A program made the translations under genes and the position numbers. A DNA stretch of 58,514 bases from a virus (taxonomy: Duplodnaviria; Caudoviricetes), in the IMG/VR virus record IMGVR_UViG_3300032157_000372, positions 1 through 58,514 of that record. One strand, 5' to 3'. Positions 8,516-17,263 of the stretch are shown one piece after another. The notes under the pieces were generated by a model, which was not told the origin of the DNA, did no database searches, and was given only the letters and a program-made list of their open reading frames with translations. Numbering within the stretch: position 1 is the first letter of the stretch; each line of letters begins with the position of its first letter.

Positions 8516-9121
8516 CTATTTCACCCGCAGCGAGCGGTGTGTGGCGATGATCACGCCCTTGATGTGCACGTCCTCGGTGGCGATGTTGAGCGGGGGCAGG
8601 TTCTCGCCCGAGCTGTTGGTGATGAGCAGGCTCGGCGGCACGAACTGGCGCAGGATCGTCGTCGCCTTGAGCAGGTCCTCCGATGAGTAGACCTGCGCGA
8701 TGACCGCCTGCAGCGGCTTCACCGCTTCCACCGCCTCGGCATTGAGATCGAGAAAGACCACGTCGCCGGCATGGATGTCGGCCTGATCGAGCGCGTTGCT
8801 CGTGATCTTGTAGGGAACCACGTTGCGCCGCTTCTTCGCGAAGTGCTGCAGGATCTCGTCGTCCTGCGCGCGATAGGGCTCGGCATCATCAGAGAAGCCG
8901 ACGGCCGGCCGGGCGACGCCGTTGCCTTCGTTGAGACCAAGCACTGTCGGGACGTCCTCGCCTAATGCCATCGCGATCCTCTCGGCCAAGGGCACCGAGA
9001 GGCCGCGCTTGCCGCCCTCGATGCGCGTCAAATAGGGCTGCGAGATCCCCGCCTTCTCAGCGAGCTTCTCGACCGTCATCCCTTTCGCCGACCTCAAATC
9101 GCGAATCTTGTTTTTGGGCAT
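8516..9121 (-). CDS. CI-like XRE-family repressor
   Basis: IRDLRSAKGMTVEKLAEKAGISQPYLTRIEGGKR HTH; S24-like C-terminal region; divergent from cro. Confidence 0.85.
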   Translation of the reverse strand: MPKNKIRDLRSAKGMTVEKLAEKAGISQPYLTRIEGGKRGLSVPLAERIAMALGEDVPTVLGLNEGNGVARPAVGFSDDAEPYRAQDDEILQHFAKKRRNVVPYKITSNALDQADIHAGDVVFLDLNAEAVEAVKPLQAVIAQVYSSEDLLKATTILRQFVPPSLLITNSSGENLPPLNIATEDVHIKGVIIATHRSLRVK

Positions 9122-9156
9122 GGCGGCATTAGCCAGCTTAGCGCAGCCCACGAAAA

Positions 9157-9212
9157 GCGCCAGATTGGCATGAGATTACCTGTTGACGACTCATGCCAAA
9201 TAGGCATTAAGT
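9157..9212 (+). promoter_or_regulatory. PR promoter with operators
   Basis: TTGACG 9183-9188; ATGCC-AAATA-GGCAT 9193-9207; GCGCC-AGATT-GGCAT 9157-9171. Confidence 0.75.
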
Positions 9213-9235
9213 GGGCTCGTTGATTCCGGGAGACC

Positions 9236-9496
9236 GTGCTCGTGACGCAGCTTGCCGACTGGCTGAAAGCAAAGGGACTGACGGGGTCAGATCTCGCGCG
9301 CCTCGTCGGCTGCGACGACGCGACGATCAATCGCCTCATCCCGAAGAAGGGCAAGAAGCAGGTGCGCAAGCCGAGCTTGGATCTCGCGGAGAAGATCTGC
9401 GAGGCGACGGACGGCGAGGTGACGCCAAACGATTTCATGGATGCAGGCCCCCGTGCCGCTGCCGAAGAAGCGGACCACGAGCCTGCAACGAGTTAG
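9236..9496 (+). CDS. Cro-like HTH protein
   Basis: LADWLKAKGLTGSDLARLVGC...PSLDLAEKICEATDGEVTPNDF. Confidence 0.85.
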   Translation: MLVTQLADWLKAKGLTGSDLARLVGCDDATINRLIPKKGKKQVRKPSLDLAEKICEATDGEVTPNDFMDAGPRAAAEEADHEPATS

Positions 9497-9499
9497 GCG

Positions 9500-10150
9500 G
9501 CCCAGTTCCGTTGCCGTCTCAAGTCAGTCGCGTTTCACGTGTGGCGTCCAAAGCACCAGTCAGCGTCACCCGGCCCCGGCGCCGGGCGTGTGTGGGGTTC
9601 TGATCTCGAGCAGCCGCTCGACCTCGGACTAAGCAACCCGCGCACGCCTCGCGACGCGACCGGAAACGGTTTCGTCACCTAACCCCGCCGCATGCCGCGG
9701 CGTGTTTAGGGGCTGTCCCTAGACTTGGGCCGCCTGCCCAGGGAGCGCCCGCGCCTCGCGCGGGGGCAATGATCGAAGTGGGCGGCCATTTTCTAGGGTG
9801 GTTGCACCCCGCGGCGCCGGCGCCTCGTCAAGCGTGGCCGGCAGCGGCGGGACCTAGTGCGGGGTAGAGCAGCGGCAGCTCGCCTGGCTCATAACCAGGA
9901 GGTCGTCCGGTTCGAATCCGACCCCCGCTACCAGTTTCGCCCGAAAGGGCACGAGTGGTTTCCGCGGGGAGACCAGCGAGGAAAAGTGCCCCGCCTGACG
10001 CGTCGGACGATCGAGAGCCGGTCAGGCAAACAGCGGTGAGGCGCAGCGGCGGCAGTCGCGGTGAAGCGTAGCGCCTCAAGTGAATTCGCGCGCGCCCTTG
10101 GCTGAGAGGGCGTGTGTTGGGGGGAGTTGTTGCGTCGGCGTTCTTCCGTG
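9500..10150 (+). ncRNA. Candidate large structured RNA surrounding the tRNA
   Basis: Chain of stems, GAAA tetraloops and a multiway junction; no convincing ORF. Confidence 0.45.
9858..9933 (+). tRNA. tRNA-Met (CAT), initiator-like
   Basis: Acceptor TGCGGGG/CCCCGCT, anticodon arm CCTGG-CTCATAA-CCAGG, TTCGAAT loop, encoded CCA. Confidence 0.88.
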
Positions 10151-10208
10151 ACAGCCGCCGGTGAGATGCGTCTCGCCGGCGGCGTTGGAAGCGAAAGGGG
10201 GGAATGCC

Positions 10209-10838
10209 GTGCTGCTTGGGGGAATGGAGTTTGCCGCCGTGAGCGCCGCGCTGGCGCTCTCCGCCATCATGGCGGGGCACGGATTTGCGCGGGCCTTCCA
10301 GCGCGAGGGCGCGGCGACGCCCGCCGCAAGCCGCGAGTCGCCGTCCTTCACGACCACGCGCGACACGTTGCGCTCGATGCAGAGCGCGCCGCTCCGCTTC
10401 CGGCCGATCAACCGCCACGCCGCCGCCATGCGCTTCGTCGCCTGGATGCGCGACAACCACTACACCGATTACCTCACGGTGCCCGAGCTCGATCAGACCT
10501 ACCTCGACTTCTGCCGCGAGGTCGAGGTCGAGCCGATCGACGCGCGGGAGCTGCGCGAGTTCGTGCGCGCGCTCCCCGGCGTCTACCACGGGCGCCCGCG
10601 CATCAACGGCCCGCGCTGGGCCAGGCTGCGCCAGCGCGTCCACGTCGAGCGCCCCGTCCTCTACCGGGTTCTGTCCCAGGTCGAGCTTGAGACCGCAGGC
10701 GTCCGAGCGCGACCGGACACGGTCGGCCCCGAGCCCGGTCAGGACCGGCCATCGGCGGACGCGCGCAAAAAGCAGAGTCGCAAGAGGGTGTTGGCGCCGG
10801 CCGCCGACGTCCAGGAGCCGATGGGGATCGCCGCATGA
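10209..10838 (+). CDS. Hypothetical protein with N-terminal hydrophobic segment and possible winged helix
   Basis: GTG after GGGGGGAA; FVAWMRD...LDQTYLDFCRE. Confidence 0.6.
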   Translation: MLLGGMEFAAVSAALALSAIMAGHGFARAFQREGAATPAASRESPSFTTTRDTLRSMQSAPLRFRPINRHAAAMRFVAWMRDNHYTDYLTVPELDQTYLDFCREVEVEPIDARELREFVRALPGVYHGRPRINGPRWARLRQRVHVERPVLYRVLSQVELETAGVRARPDTVGPEPGQDRPSADARKKQSRKRVLAPAADVQEPMGIAA

Positions 10839-11014
10839 CGCTCGAAGCCGGGCTCGCAACCTATTGGGCGGTCGGCTTCGGCCTTGCCGGCGCGGGCCTC
10901 GCGCTGCGCCCGCTGCGGCACTGGGTCATGCGCCGCCGGCGTTTCGACCTCGGCCGCGTGCTCGAAGTGAGCGGGCCGCGCTGGCGTGCGGAGTGCAACT
11001 GTCTCGACGATTAG
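10835..11014 (+). CDS. Small membrane protein (59 aa, absent from ORF track)
   Basis: ATGA overlap; MTLEAGLATYWAVGFGLAGAGLALRPLRHW... Confidence 0.5.
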   Translation: MTLEAGLATYWAVGFGLAGAGLALRPLRHWVMRRRRFDLGRVLEVSGPRWRAECNCLDD

Positions 11015-11044
11015 TGTCTGCGTTTCAAACACGGGGGAATTCCG

Positions 11045-11305
11045 ATGAGCAAGACGTTCAAGATCCACGTGCGCCAGTACGCCAATGGCGCGGTCTATGC
11101 GCTCACCGACTTCGAGATGAGCGAGCAGGACTCCAAGAGCGGCGTCGCGTTCAACGACATCGTCGACGGGCCATTCGACAATGGGCCGTTTCGCGAGTTC
11201 GCGATCGACGTGGCGGCAACGCCGCCCCACGCGGACACGCCGACGCTCGCGGAGGTGACGGTTCCGACAGTGGCGCAGGGCGAAGTCGCGGCCTCTGCCG
11301 CCTAG
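11045..11305 (+). CDS. Hypothetical protein
   Basis: GGGGGAA RBS; phage-like codon usage. Confidence 0.65.
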   Translation: MSKTFKIHVRQYANGAVYALTDFEMSEQDSKSGVAFNDIVDGPFDNGPFREFAIDVAATPPHADTPTLAEVTVPTVAQGEVAASAA

Positions 11306-11314
11306 AAACGAATT

Positions 11315-11343
11315 GAGCCCCGCAGTTTGCCGCTGCGGGGCTC
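11315..11343 (+). terminator. Hairpin after gene (possible terminator)
   Basis: GAGCCCCGCAG/CTGCGGGGCTC 11-bp stem; weak U tract. Confidence 0.4.
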
Positions 11344-11472
11344 TGAATTTGGTTCCGAGCGTGGGGCTCGGGCAGTGAGACTGTGGATTTCAATCGAGCT
11401 TTGGCTCGGCGCGCAAGCTCTCACGCTTCGCCGCCGCGGTCAAGGCTCTCACGCGGCGGGAAACGGGGACAA

Positions 11473-12663
11473 GTGAGCGACAAGCCGCAAAAAACAGAGC
11501 GCGTGCAACGCGTCGCCGAGCTGGACGACCAGCGCTATTCGATCCAGCCGGCGGACGCCGTGCTCGACGCGAACCTCACGCTGCCGCATTTCCGCGTGCT
11601 CGGCTACATCGGCCGCGTCAACACCTCGCGCGGCTGGTGCGAGTTCTCGCAGAAGGCGTTCTCGAAGCTCACCGGCATCAACCGCACGACGATCAATCTC
11701 GCGCTCTCCGACCTCGTGCGCTGGCGCTACGTCGAGCTGCGCACGCAGAAGACGACGCGCTCCTCGTTCTGCCACTATCGCACGCTGATCGATGACCCGT
11801 TTTTCGACGCCGAGGCCGAGCACGCCGCGCGCGGGGGAGTGTCGGCTGGGGACAACACCCCCCCCGAGGGGGGAGTGTCGGCCGGAGACAACACCCCCCC
11901 GGTGGGGGGAGTGTCGGCTGGGGACAACACATGTGTCGGCTCCACACAACACGGGAGTCGGCTGGGGACGACACCCCCCATTAGTAAAGCTCGCGCGCGC
12001 TCTAGATCAGAGATCAGAGATCCTTCCCCCCCTACCCCCCGCGAGGACGCGGGGGGCTGGGCGAGTGGGTGGGGAAAACCTGTTCGTGAAGCAGTGGACG
12101 AGCTGCGCAAAAGCGCTCTCATCGCCTACGTGGCCACCAACTTCGTCGACGAGGTGCGCGGCACGCTGAGCCCGCCCAAGGGCGTCGACGGCGCCGCCTT
12201 CGTGCGCCAGCTCGCCTCCCGGCTCGGCCGCTTCGACGCCACCGTCCTCAAGGCCACCGCGCAGCACATGCTCGACACGCGCGGCCACAACCTGCCGGCG
12301 GCGCCCGAGATTGAGCGCGCCGCGGCGAGGCTCGCGAAGCTGCCGCCGGCAAGGCCTGCACCGATCGTTGTCGACGCCGCGCGCGTCGAGCGCCCGTCGA
12401 TCTTTGTCGCGCACGCCGCGGCCGTGCGCGCGCGTCTCGAGGAGCGCGTCGGGCCGGACGTGTTTGCGTCGTGGTTTGCCGATCTCGAGGTCGAGCAGAT
12501 CGCGGGCGACCTCGTCACCGTGTCAGTGCCCGTGAAGTTCGTCCGCACCTGGATCGAAACCCACTGGTCGACCGAGCTGGCGGACGCCGTGCGCGCATCG
12601 ATCGCCGGCGCCGAGCGCGTGAAGGTGATCGCGCTCGCCGAGCCGAGGAGGACCGCAGCATGA
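11473..12663 (+). CDS. Replication initiator (N-terminal wHTH, C-terminal DnaA-N-like domain)
   Basis: HTH region, internal iterons, C-terminal VGPDVFASWFADLEV...VSVPVKFVRTWIETHW. Confidence 0.8.
   Translation: MSDKPQKTERVQRVAELDDQRYSIQPADAVLDANLTLPHFRVLGYIGRVNTSRGWCEFSQKAFSKLTGINRTTINLALSDLVRWRYVELRTQKTTRSSFCHYRTLIDDPFFDAEAEHAARGGVSAGDNTPPEGGVSAGDNTPPVGGVSAGDNTCVGSTQHGSRLGTTPPISKARARSRSEIRDPSPPTPREDAGGWASGWGKPVREAVDELRKSALIAYVATNFVDEVRGTLSPPKGVDGAAFVRQLASRLGRFDATVLKATAQHMLDTRGHNLPAAPEIERAAARLAKLPPARPAPIVVDAARVERPSIFVAHAAAVRARLEERVGPDVFASWFADLEVEQIAGDLVTVSVPVKFVRTWIETHWSTELADAVRASIAGAERVKVIALAEPRRTAA
11833..11979. repeat. Iteron array / probable replication origin
   Basis: GGGGAGTGTCGGCTGGGGACAACAC units at 36-bp period x3 plus two degenerate copies. 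Confidence 0.8.
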
Positions 12664-13136
12664 GCGCAAGTCTTTCCCCGCGCGCCTCCGGCGCGACCCC
12701 GGACCGCCGCCCGGACATCGAAGGCCGAGAGCACGCGCACGAGGAGCTTCTCAACACGCTCATCCGCCAGATCGAGGATTCGGCGCGCATCGTCGTCGAT
12801 CGCGGCGGCGCCGAGGTCCTGCGCCGGCGTCTCGCACCCATGCTTGACTTTTTGCCCACGGCGACGGCTCCGCCTTTGCCCATCGCGACGCCTCCCGTGG
12901 GCAAGCCAGACCCGCTCGACATGACCTTCGTCTGGCGCGCGCTGGGGCTTGCGATGCGTCGCCTCCGCCTCTCGCAGGACGAGCACAAGCTTTTCAACCG
13001 CGCGGTCGAGATCGTCGGCGCGCTGATGCAGGTGCCAAAATCGTCGCCGCGCGCGAGCGGCGTACCCAACGAGAAGACCGCAACGCCGGCCAAGCCGGCG
13101 CGGGACGACGTGAGCGACGGGCGTGAGTTCACCTGA
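12660..13136 (+). CDS. Hypothetical protein
   Basis: ATGA overlap with initiator; contains a partial palindromic repeat. Confidence 0.65.
   Translation: MSASLSPRASGATPDRRPDIEGREHAHEELLNTLIRQIEDSARIVVDRGGAEVLRRRLAPMLDFLPTATAPPLPIATPPVGKPDPLDMTFVWRALGLAMRRLRLSQDEHKLFNRAVEIVGALMQVPKSSPRASGVPNEKTATPAKPARDDVSDGREFT
12852..12904. repeat. Partial/tandem copies of the 44-bp palindromic repeat
   Basis: TTGCCCATCGCGACGCCTCC identical over 20 bp (12876-12895); 17/20 copy at 12852-12871. Confidence 0.7.
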
Positions 13137-13387
13137 TGCGAGAGGAGGGCGAGATGCCGATGCCGATGATCGAAAGTTTCGTGCTGCTGCTGATCCTGAC
13201 CGGGTCGGACGGCGCCAGCAGCAAGGGCGACGGCGAGATGTGGGTCGTGCCCTCGGCGACTTACTGCGAGCTCGCCAAGGCGGACGCGATCGAGCGCGGC
13301 CACGCGAGCGCGGGGCGCTGCCTGCCGGCGCTGATCGACCTCGAGGCGTGGGCGAGCGTCGCCGCGCGAAAGGAAATCGCGCCATGA
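13136..13387 (+). CDS. Small exported/Cys-containing protein
   Basis: Hydrophobic FVLLLIL and two Cys; coupled overlaps. Confidence 0.55.
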   Translation: MREEGEMPMPMIESFVLLLILTGSDGASSKGDGEMWVVPSATYCELAKADAIERGHASAGRCLPALIDLEAWASVAARKEIAP

Positions 13388-13818
13388 TGCGAACGCCGAT
13401 CAAGGACCCGATCGCCAAGGCGCCGAGCGTCGCCGGCAAGGCGTCCAAGGCCTGGCTCTGCGATCTCGATGCGATGCGCAAGCATCTGCGCGAGGTTCAC
13501 GGGACGGAGCGCCCGGACGGCACGGTCGCGGTTTGGATCGTCGAGGCGCCGTGGGCGCATCCGGCGTGGCACAGCTATGCGATCAGCCTTTTGCATCTCC
13601 GCCCGATCGGCCTCGAGACGAAATTCTACCTCGCGGGCGCGACGCACGAGATCTGGGTGCAGGCGCTTCATCCCGATCATCCGCGGGAGCCGGCGATCGC
13701 GGGCAGCGGTCCTTGGCTCCCGCTCTCGCCGAACAATTTCTCGGCGCAGTTCATCGAGCCGTCCGACGCGGCGGCCGAGCTTCGCGTGCTCAAGGCCGTC
13801 GCGCAGGATTTGCACTGA
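13384..13818 (+). CDS. Hypothetical phage protein
   Basis: WIVEAPWAHPAWHSY motif; ATGA overlap. Confidence 0.65.
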   Translation: MMRTPIKDPIAKAPSVAGKASKAWLCDLDAMRKHLREVHGTERPDGTVAVWIVEAPWAHPAWHSYAISLLHLRPIGLETKFYLAGATHEIWVQALHPDHPREPAIAGSGPWLPLSPNNFSAQFIEPSDAAAELRVLKAVAQDLH

Positions 13819-14639
13819 TGAGCCAAAGAAATTCCGGCCGGGTGCGCATCGCGCGCGACGCCTACAACACCGAGCCGTGGGCGACCAACGTGCTCGTCGA
13901 CGACCTCGAGCGCGAGGGGCTGCTGCCGATGAAATCCCGGCTCGGCGAGCCGCTCGCGATCTGGGAGTGCGCGGCCGGCGCGGGCCTCATGAGCGGCGCG
14001 CTCGCGGCGCGCGGCTACGAGGTCTATGCGTCCGACATCGAAGCGAAGCCGGATCATCCTATAGTTTCGGCGTCGATCCCGTCGCGCGCCGACTTCCTCA
14101 CCGAGACGCTGTGGGTCGACGACAAGCTCCCGTCCGGCATCGGCGCCATCATCACGAACCCGCCTTACAGCCACGCCTATGCCTTCATCGGCCGCGCGCT
14201 CGATCTCACCGAGCGCGTGCAGGGCCTCGTCGCCATGCTGCTCAGGGCCGACTTCGACAGCGCAGGCGGCCGGCGCTGTCTGTTCGGCGAGCATCCGGCC
14301 TGGTGCCGCAAGATCGTGCTCACCGATCGCATCGAGTGGTTCGAGGACCCCGAGGGGCGCGGCTCGCCGAGTGAAAATCACGCCTGGTTCGTGTGGAAGT
14401 GGCGCGGGCTCTCCAACGACCTCTCGGCGACCATCGGCTATGGCGGCATGCCGCCCGAGCTCAAGGCCGAGAAGTCCGCACGCCGGGCCGAGCTGCGCCG
14501 CGCCGCCGCCGAGCTCGAGGCGGCGATTGCGAAGCGCCTCGACAAGCGCCAGGCCGAGCACGCGATCGCGCGTGCGCTCTCCTGCCCGGTCGAGAAGGTG
14601 CGTGCGGTGAAGGCCTTGCGCGCCGGGAGGCGGGGATGA
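13818..14639 (+). CDS. DNA amino-methyltransferase (NPPY)
   Basis: YNTEPWAT, WECAAGAG (SAM motif), IITNPPY, HAWFVW. Confidence 0.85.
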   Translation: MSQRNSGRVRIARDAYNTEPWATNVLVDDLEREGLLPMKSRLGEPLAIWECAAGAGLMSGALAARGYEVYASDIEAKPDHPIVSASIPSRADFLTETLWVDDKLPSGIGAIITNPPYSHAYAFIGRALDLTERVQGLVAMLLRADFDSAGGRRCLFGEHPAWCRKIVLTDRIEWFEDPEGRGSPSENHAWFVWKWRGLSNDLSATIGYGGMPPELKAEKSARRAELRRAAAELEAAIAKRLDKRQAEHAIARALSCPVEKVRAVKALRAGRRG

Positions 14640-15046
14640 CGCGAGCCAAGAGCAGGACAACGGTCGAGAGGGCGCCGCCCCTGACGGTCGACGACGATAT
14701 GGAGGCCGTCGTCCGGGCGCTGCAAGGCAAGCGCCTCCCGCTCGAGGACGAGAAGCGCACGCAAGACGAGATCGAGACGGCGCTCAAGGCCGCGCTGGGC
14801 GAGGCGCGCGTCGGGCGCGAGGTCCGCGTCATGGGCGGCATCATCGACTTTTTCTGCCTCGAGGCGATCGGCGTCGAGGTCAAGATCAAGGGGCCGGTCG
14901 CGGCCATCGGCCGCCAGCTCTACCGCTACGCCGAGGACCCGTCGATCCGGGGCCTGATCCTCGCGACCAATAGGCCGTTCGGGCTCGCGAGCAGCGTGCG
15001 CGGCAAGCCGCTCCTCGTGTTCGATCTCTCGAGGGCCTGGCTATGA
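14636..15046 (+). CDS. PD-(D/E)xK nuclease-like protein
   Basis: E...IIDFFC..IGVEVK...QLYRY motif. Confidence 0.7.
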   Translation: MTRAKSRTTVERAPPLTVDDDMEAVVRALQGKRLPLEDEKRTQDEIETALKAALGEARVGREVRVMGGIIDFFCLEAIGVEVKIKGPVAAIGRQLYRYAEDPSIRGLILATNRPFGLASSVRGKPLLVFDLSRAWL

Positions 15047-15294
15047 GCACCTGCCACGCTGCCGGCTGCGATCGCGAGGCACGCCCCAAGCAGCTCATGT
15101 GCCGGGCGCACTGGTTCTCGCTGCCGCTGCCGCTGCGCGATGCGATCTGGGACACCTACCGCGCCTGGTCGAAGAAAAGCGCCAGCGCGCCGACGCGGCT
15201 CGCGGCCATGAAGGCCTACCGCCGCAACATCCTCGAGGCGCGCCGCGTCATCGCCGAGGCCGAGGGCAAGCTGCATCTCATGGTGCTCCGATGA
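15043..15294 (+). CDS. Zn-finger protein
   Basis: CHAAGC...MCRAHW. Confidence 0.65.
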   Translation: MSTCHAAGCDREARPKQLMCRAHWFSLPLPLRDAIWDTYRAWSKKSASAPTRLAAMKAYRRNILEARRVIAEAEGKLHLMVLR

Positions 15295-15500
15295 GGAAGC
15301 GCAACACGCCGATGCCGCCCGTAGTCGTGCTCGCTCCCGTCGAGGACCTGCGCGAGGCGCTGCACGCGCTGAGCAATGGCGAGCGCGGCTCCGGTCTCAT
15401 CGGGATGGCGGCGGCGCACCTCCGGGCCAAGGCGATCTTGCGCCGGCTGCTCGAGCTGCCGCGCCGCCTGCCCTCCGACGCCGAGGAGGGCACGATTTGA
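15291..15500 (+). CDS. Hypothetical protein
   Basis: ATGA/TTGA coupling on both sides. Confidence 0.5.
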   Translation: MRKRNTPMPPVVVLAPVEDLREALHALSNGERGSGLIGMAAAHLRAKAILRRLLELPRRLPSDAEEGTI

Positions 15501-17248
15501 CCGCCCCACTCCTCGCCTTCAACCGCACCTACGGCTCGCTGCACTACGACGCGGACGCGCGCGGCTGGCGCATTACTGAGGTCGAGCCGCACGTCGCCAT
15601 CAAGCTCAAGGCCAACTTCCCGCGCATCCCGAAAACCGCGCGCCCGCCCTACTTCCTCACGGGCGGCGCGAGCCTCGACGCCGACCTCGCCTGGTTTCTC
15701 ACCCGCTTCCCGATGGTGATCTCGGGCGGCGACAAGCTGCGCCTCGAGGAGCGCAAGACGCTGTTCGAAACCGGCCAGCGCGAGCTCGGCGCGCTGCTGT
15801 CGGCAGACTGGCGCCCCTCGGGCACGGTCGGCTTCCGCGGCAACATGCGTCCCTACAATTACCAGTCGCAAGCGGCAGAGCTCGCGCGCCGCACCGGCCG
15901 CCTTCTCCTCATGGATGACCTCGGCCTCGGCAAGACGATCTCGGCGCTGGCGACGATCACGAACCCCGACTGCCTGCCCGCCCTCGTCGTGCCGCAGACG
16001 CACCTCGTGCGCCAATGGCAGGAGAAAATCGCCGAGTTCACGACGCTCACCAGCCACGTGTTCCGCCAGACCACGCCCTACGAGCTGCCCAAGGCCGACG
16101 TCTACATCTGCCCCTACTCGAAGCTCGCCGGCTGGATCGACTACGCCGAGAGCGCGGGCTTCCGCTCGATCATCTTCGACGAGATGCAGGAGCTCCGCCA
16201 CGGCGAGGAGACGGCCAAGGGGCGCGCGGCCGCCGCCTTCCGCGAGACGGCCGGCGTCGCCATGGGGCTCACGGCCACCCCGATTTACAACTACGGCTCG
16301 GAAATCTTCCGCATCGTCAATCTGCTTGAGGAGGGCATCCTCGGCACCTGGCGCGACTTCATCGAGGAGTGGTGCATCCCCGGCCCCGGCGGCAAGTGGA
16401 TCGTCGACGACCCGCAGGCGCTGGGGACGTTCCTGCGCGAGCAGCACATCGCGCTTCGGCGCACATCCGCCGACGTCGGCCACGAGATGCCGCCGCTCAA
16501 CGTCGTCACGCGCACGATTCCCTTCGACGCCGAGGTCCTCGACGAGAACGAAGCCGAGCTCAAGGCGCTCGCCTTGAAGGTCCTCAACGGCAGTTGGACC
16601 GAGCGCGGCCAGGCCTCGCGCGAATTCGATCTCGCGCTGCGCAAGGCGACCGGCGTCGCCAAGGCGCCGCACGTTGCCGAGTTCGCCAAGGTGCTGCTCG
16701 AAGCGCGGCAGCCGCTCGTCATGTTCGGCTGGCACCGCGACGTCTACGACATCTGGCTGCGCCGCCTCGCGAAGTACCGGCCCATTCTCTACACCGGCAC
16801 CGAGAGCCCGACGCGCAAGGAGAAGGCGAAACGCGCCTTCGTCGAGGGCGATACCAACTGCCTGATCATGTCGCTCCGCTCCGGCGCCGGCGTCGACGGC
16901 CTGCAATACCGCGCGCACACGGTGATATTCGGCGAGCTCGATTGGAGCCCGCAGGTGCACGCGCAGTGCTGCGGCCGTCTGCGCCGCCCCGGCCAGGAGA
17001 ACCAGGTCGACGCGATCTACCTCTACGCCGACGGGGGCACCGACCCCGAGGTGATCGGCGTGCTCGGGCTCAAGGCCTCGCAGAGCGCCGGCATCGTCGA
17101 CCCGCTCAGCGCACCGGGAGAGCAGCACTCGAGCGACACCCGCATTCGCCAGCTCGCGCAGCTCTACCTCGAGGGGAAATCGCATCTCGCGGCCAAGGCC
17201 AAGGCGCCGAAGGCCGCACCGCCACCCGACCAGCACAGCCTTTTTTGA
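15497..17248 (+). CDS. SNF2-family helicase/ATPase
   Basis: DDLGLGKT, FDEMQ, LTATP, GVDGLQ, QCCGRLRRPGQ. Confidence 0.92.
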   Translation: MTAPLLAFNRTYGSLHYDADARGWRITEVEPHVAIKLKANFPRIPKTARPPYFLTGGASLDADLAWFLTRFPMVISGGDKLRLEERKTLFETGQRELGALLSADWRPSGTVGFRGNMRPYNYQSQAAELARRTGRLLLMDDLGLGKTISALATITNPDCLPALVVPQTHLVRQWQEKIAEFTTLTSHVFRQTTPYELPKADVYICPYSKLAGWIDYAESAGFRSIIFDEMQELRHGEETAKGRAAAAFRETAGVAMGLTATPIYNYGSEIFRIVNLLEEGILGTWRDFIEEWCIPGPGGKWIVDDPQALGTFLREQHIALRRTSADVGHEMPPLNVVTRTIPFDAEVLDENEAELKALALKVLNGSWTERGQASREFDLALRKATGVAKAPHVAEFAKVLLEARQPLVMFGWHRDVYDIWLRRLAKYRPILYTGTESPTRKEKAKRAFVEGDTNCLIMSLRSGAGVDGLQYRAHTVIFGELDWSPQVHAQCCGRLRRPGQENQVDAIYLYADGGTDPEVIGVLGLKASQSAGIVDPLSAPGEQHSSDTRIRQLAQLYLEGKSHLAAKAKAPKAAPPPDQHSLF

Positions 17249-17263
17249 GAGAGGGAAAACACG

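Noticed and set aside
9858-9933. tRNA as the prophage integration site
   Set aside because: It lies inside the early operon, far from int, and no duplicated 3' fragment was seen.
9211-10690. Short alternative ORFs across the cro-tRNA region
   Set aside because: They overlap cro, the tRNA or the 10209 gene, lack RBSs, and have Arg/Pro-rich shadow composition.
11833-11979. 36-bp periodic repeats as a CRISPR array
   Set aside because: No unique spacers and no cas genes; the repeats are in frame inside the replication gene, consistent with iterons.
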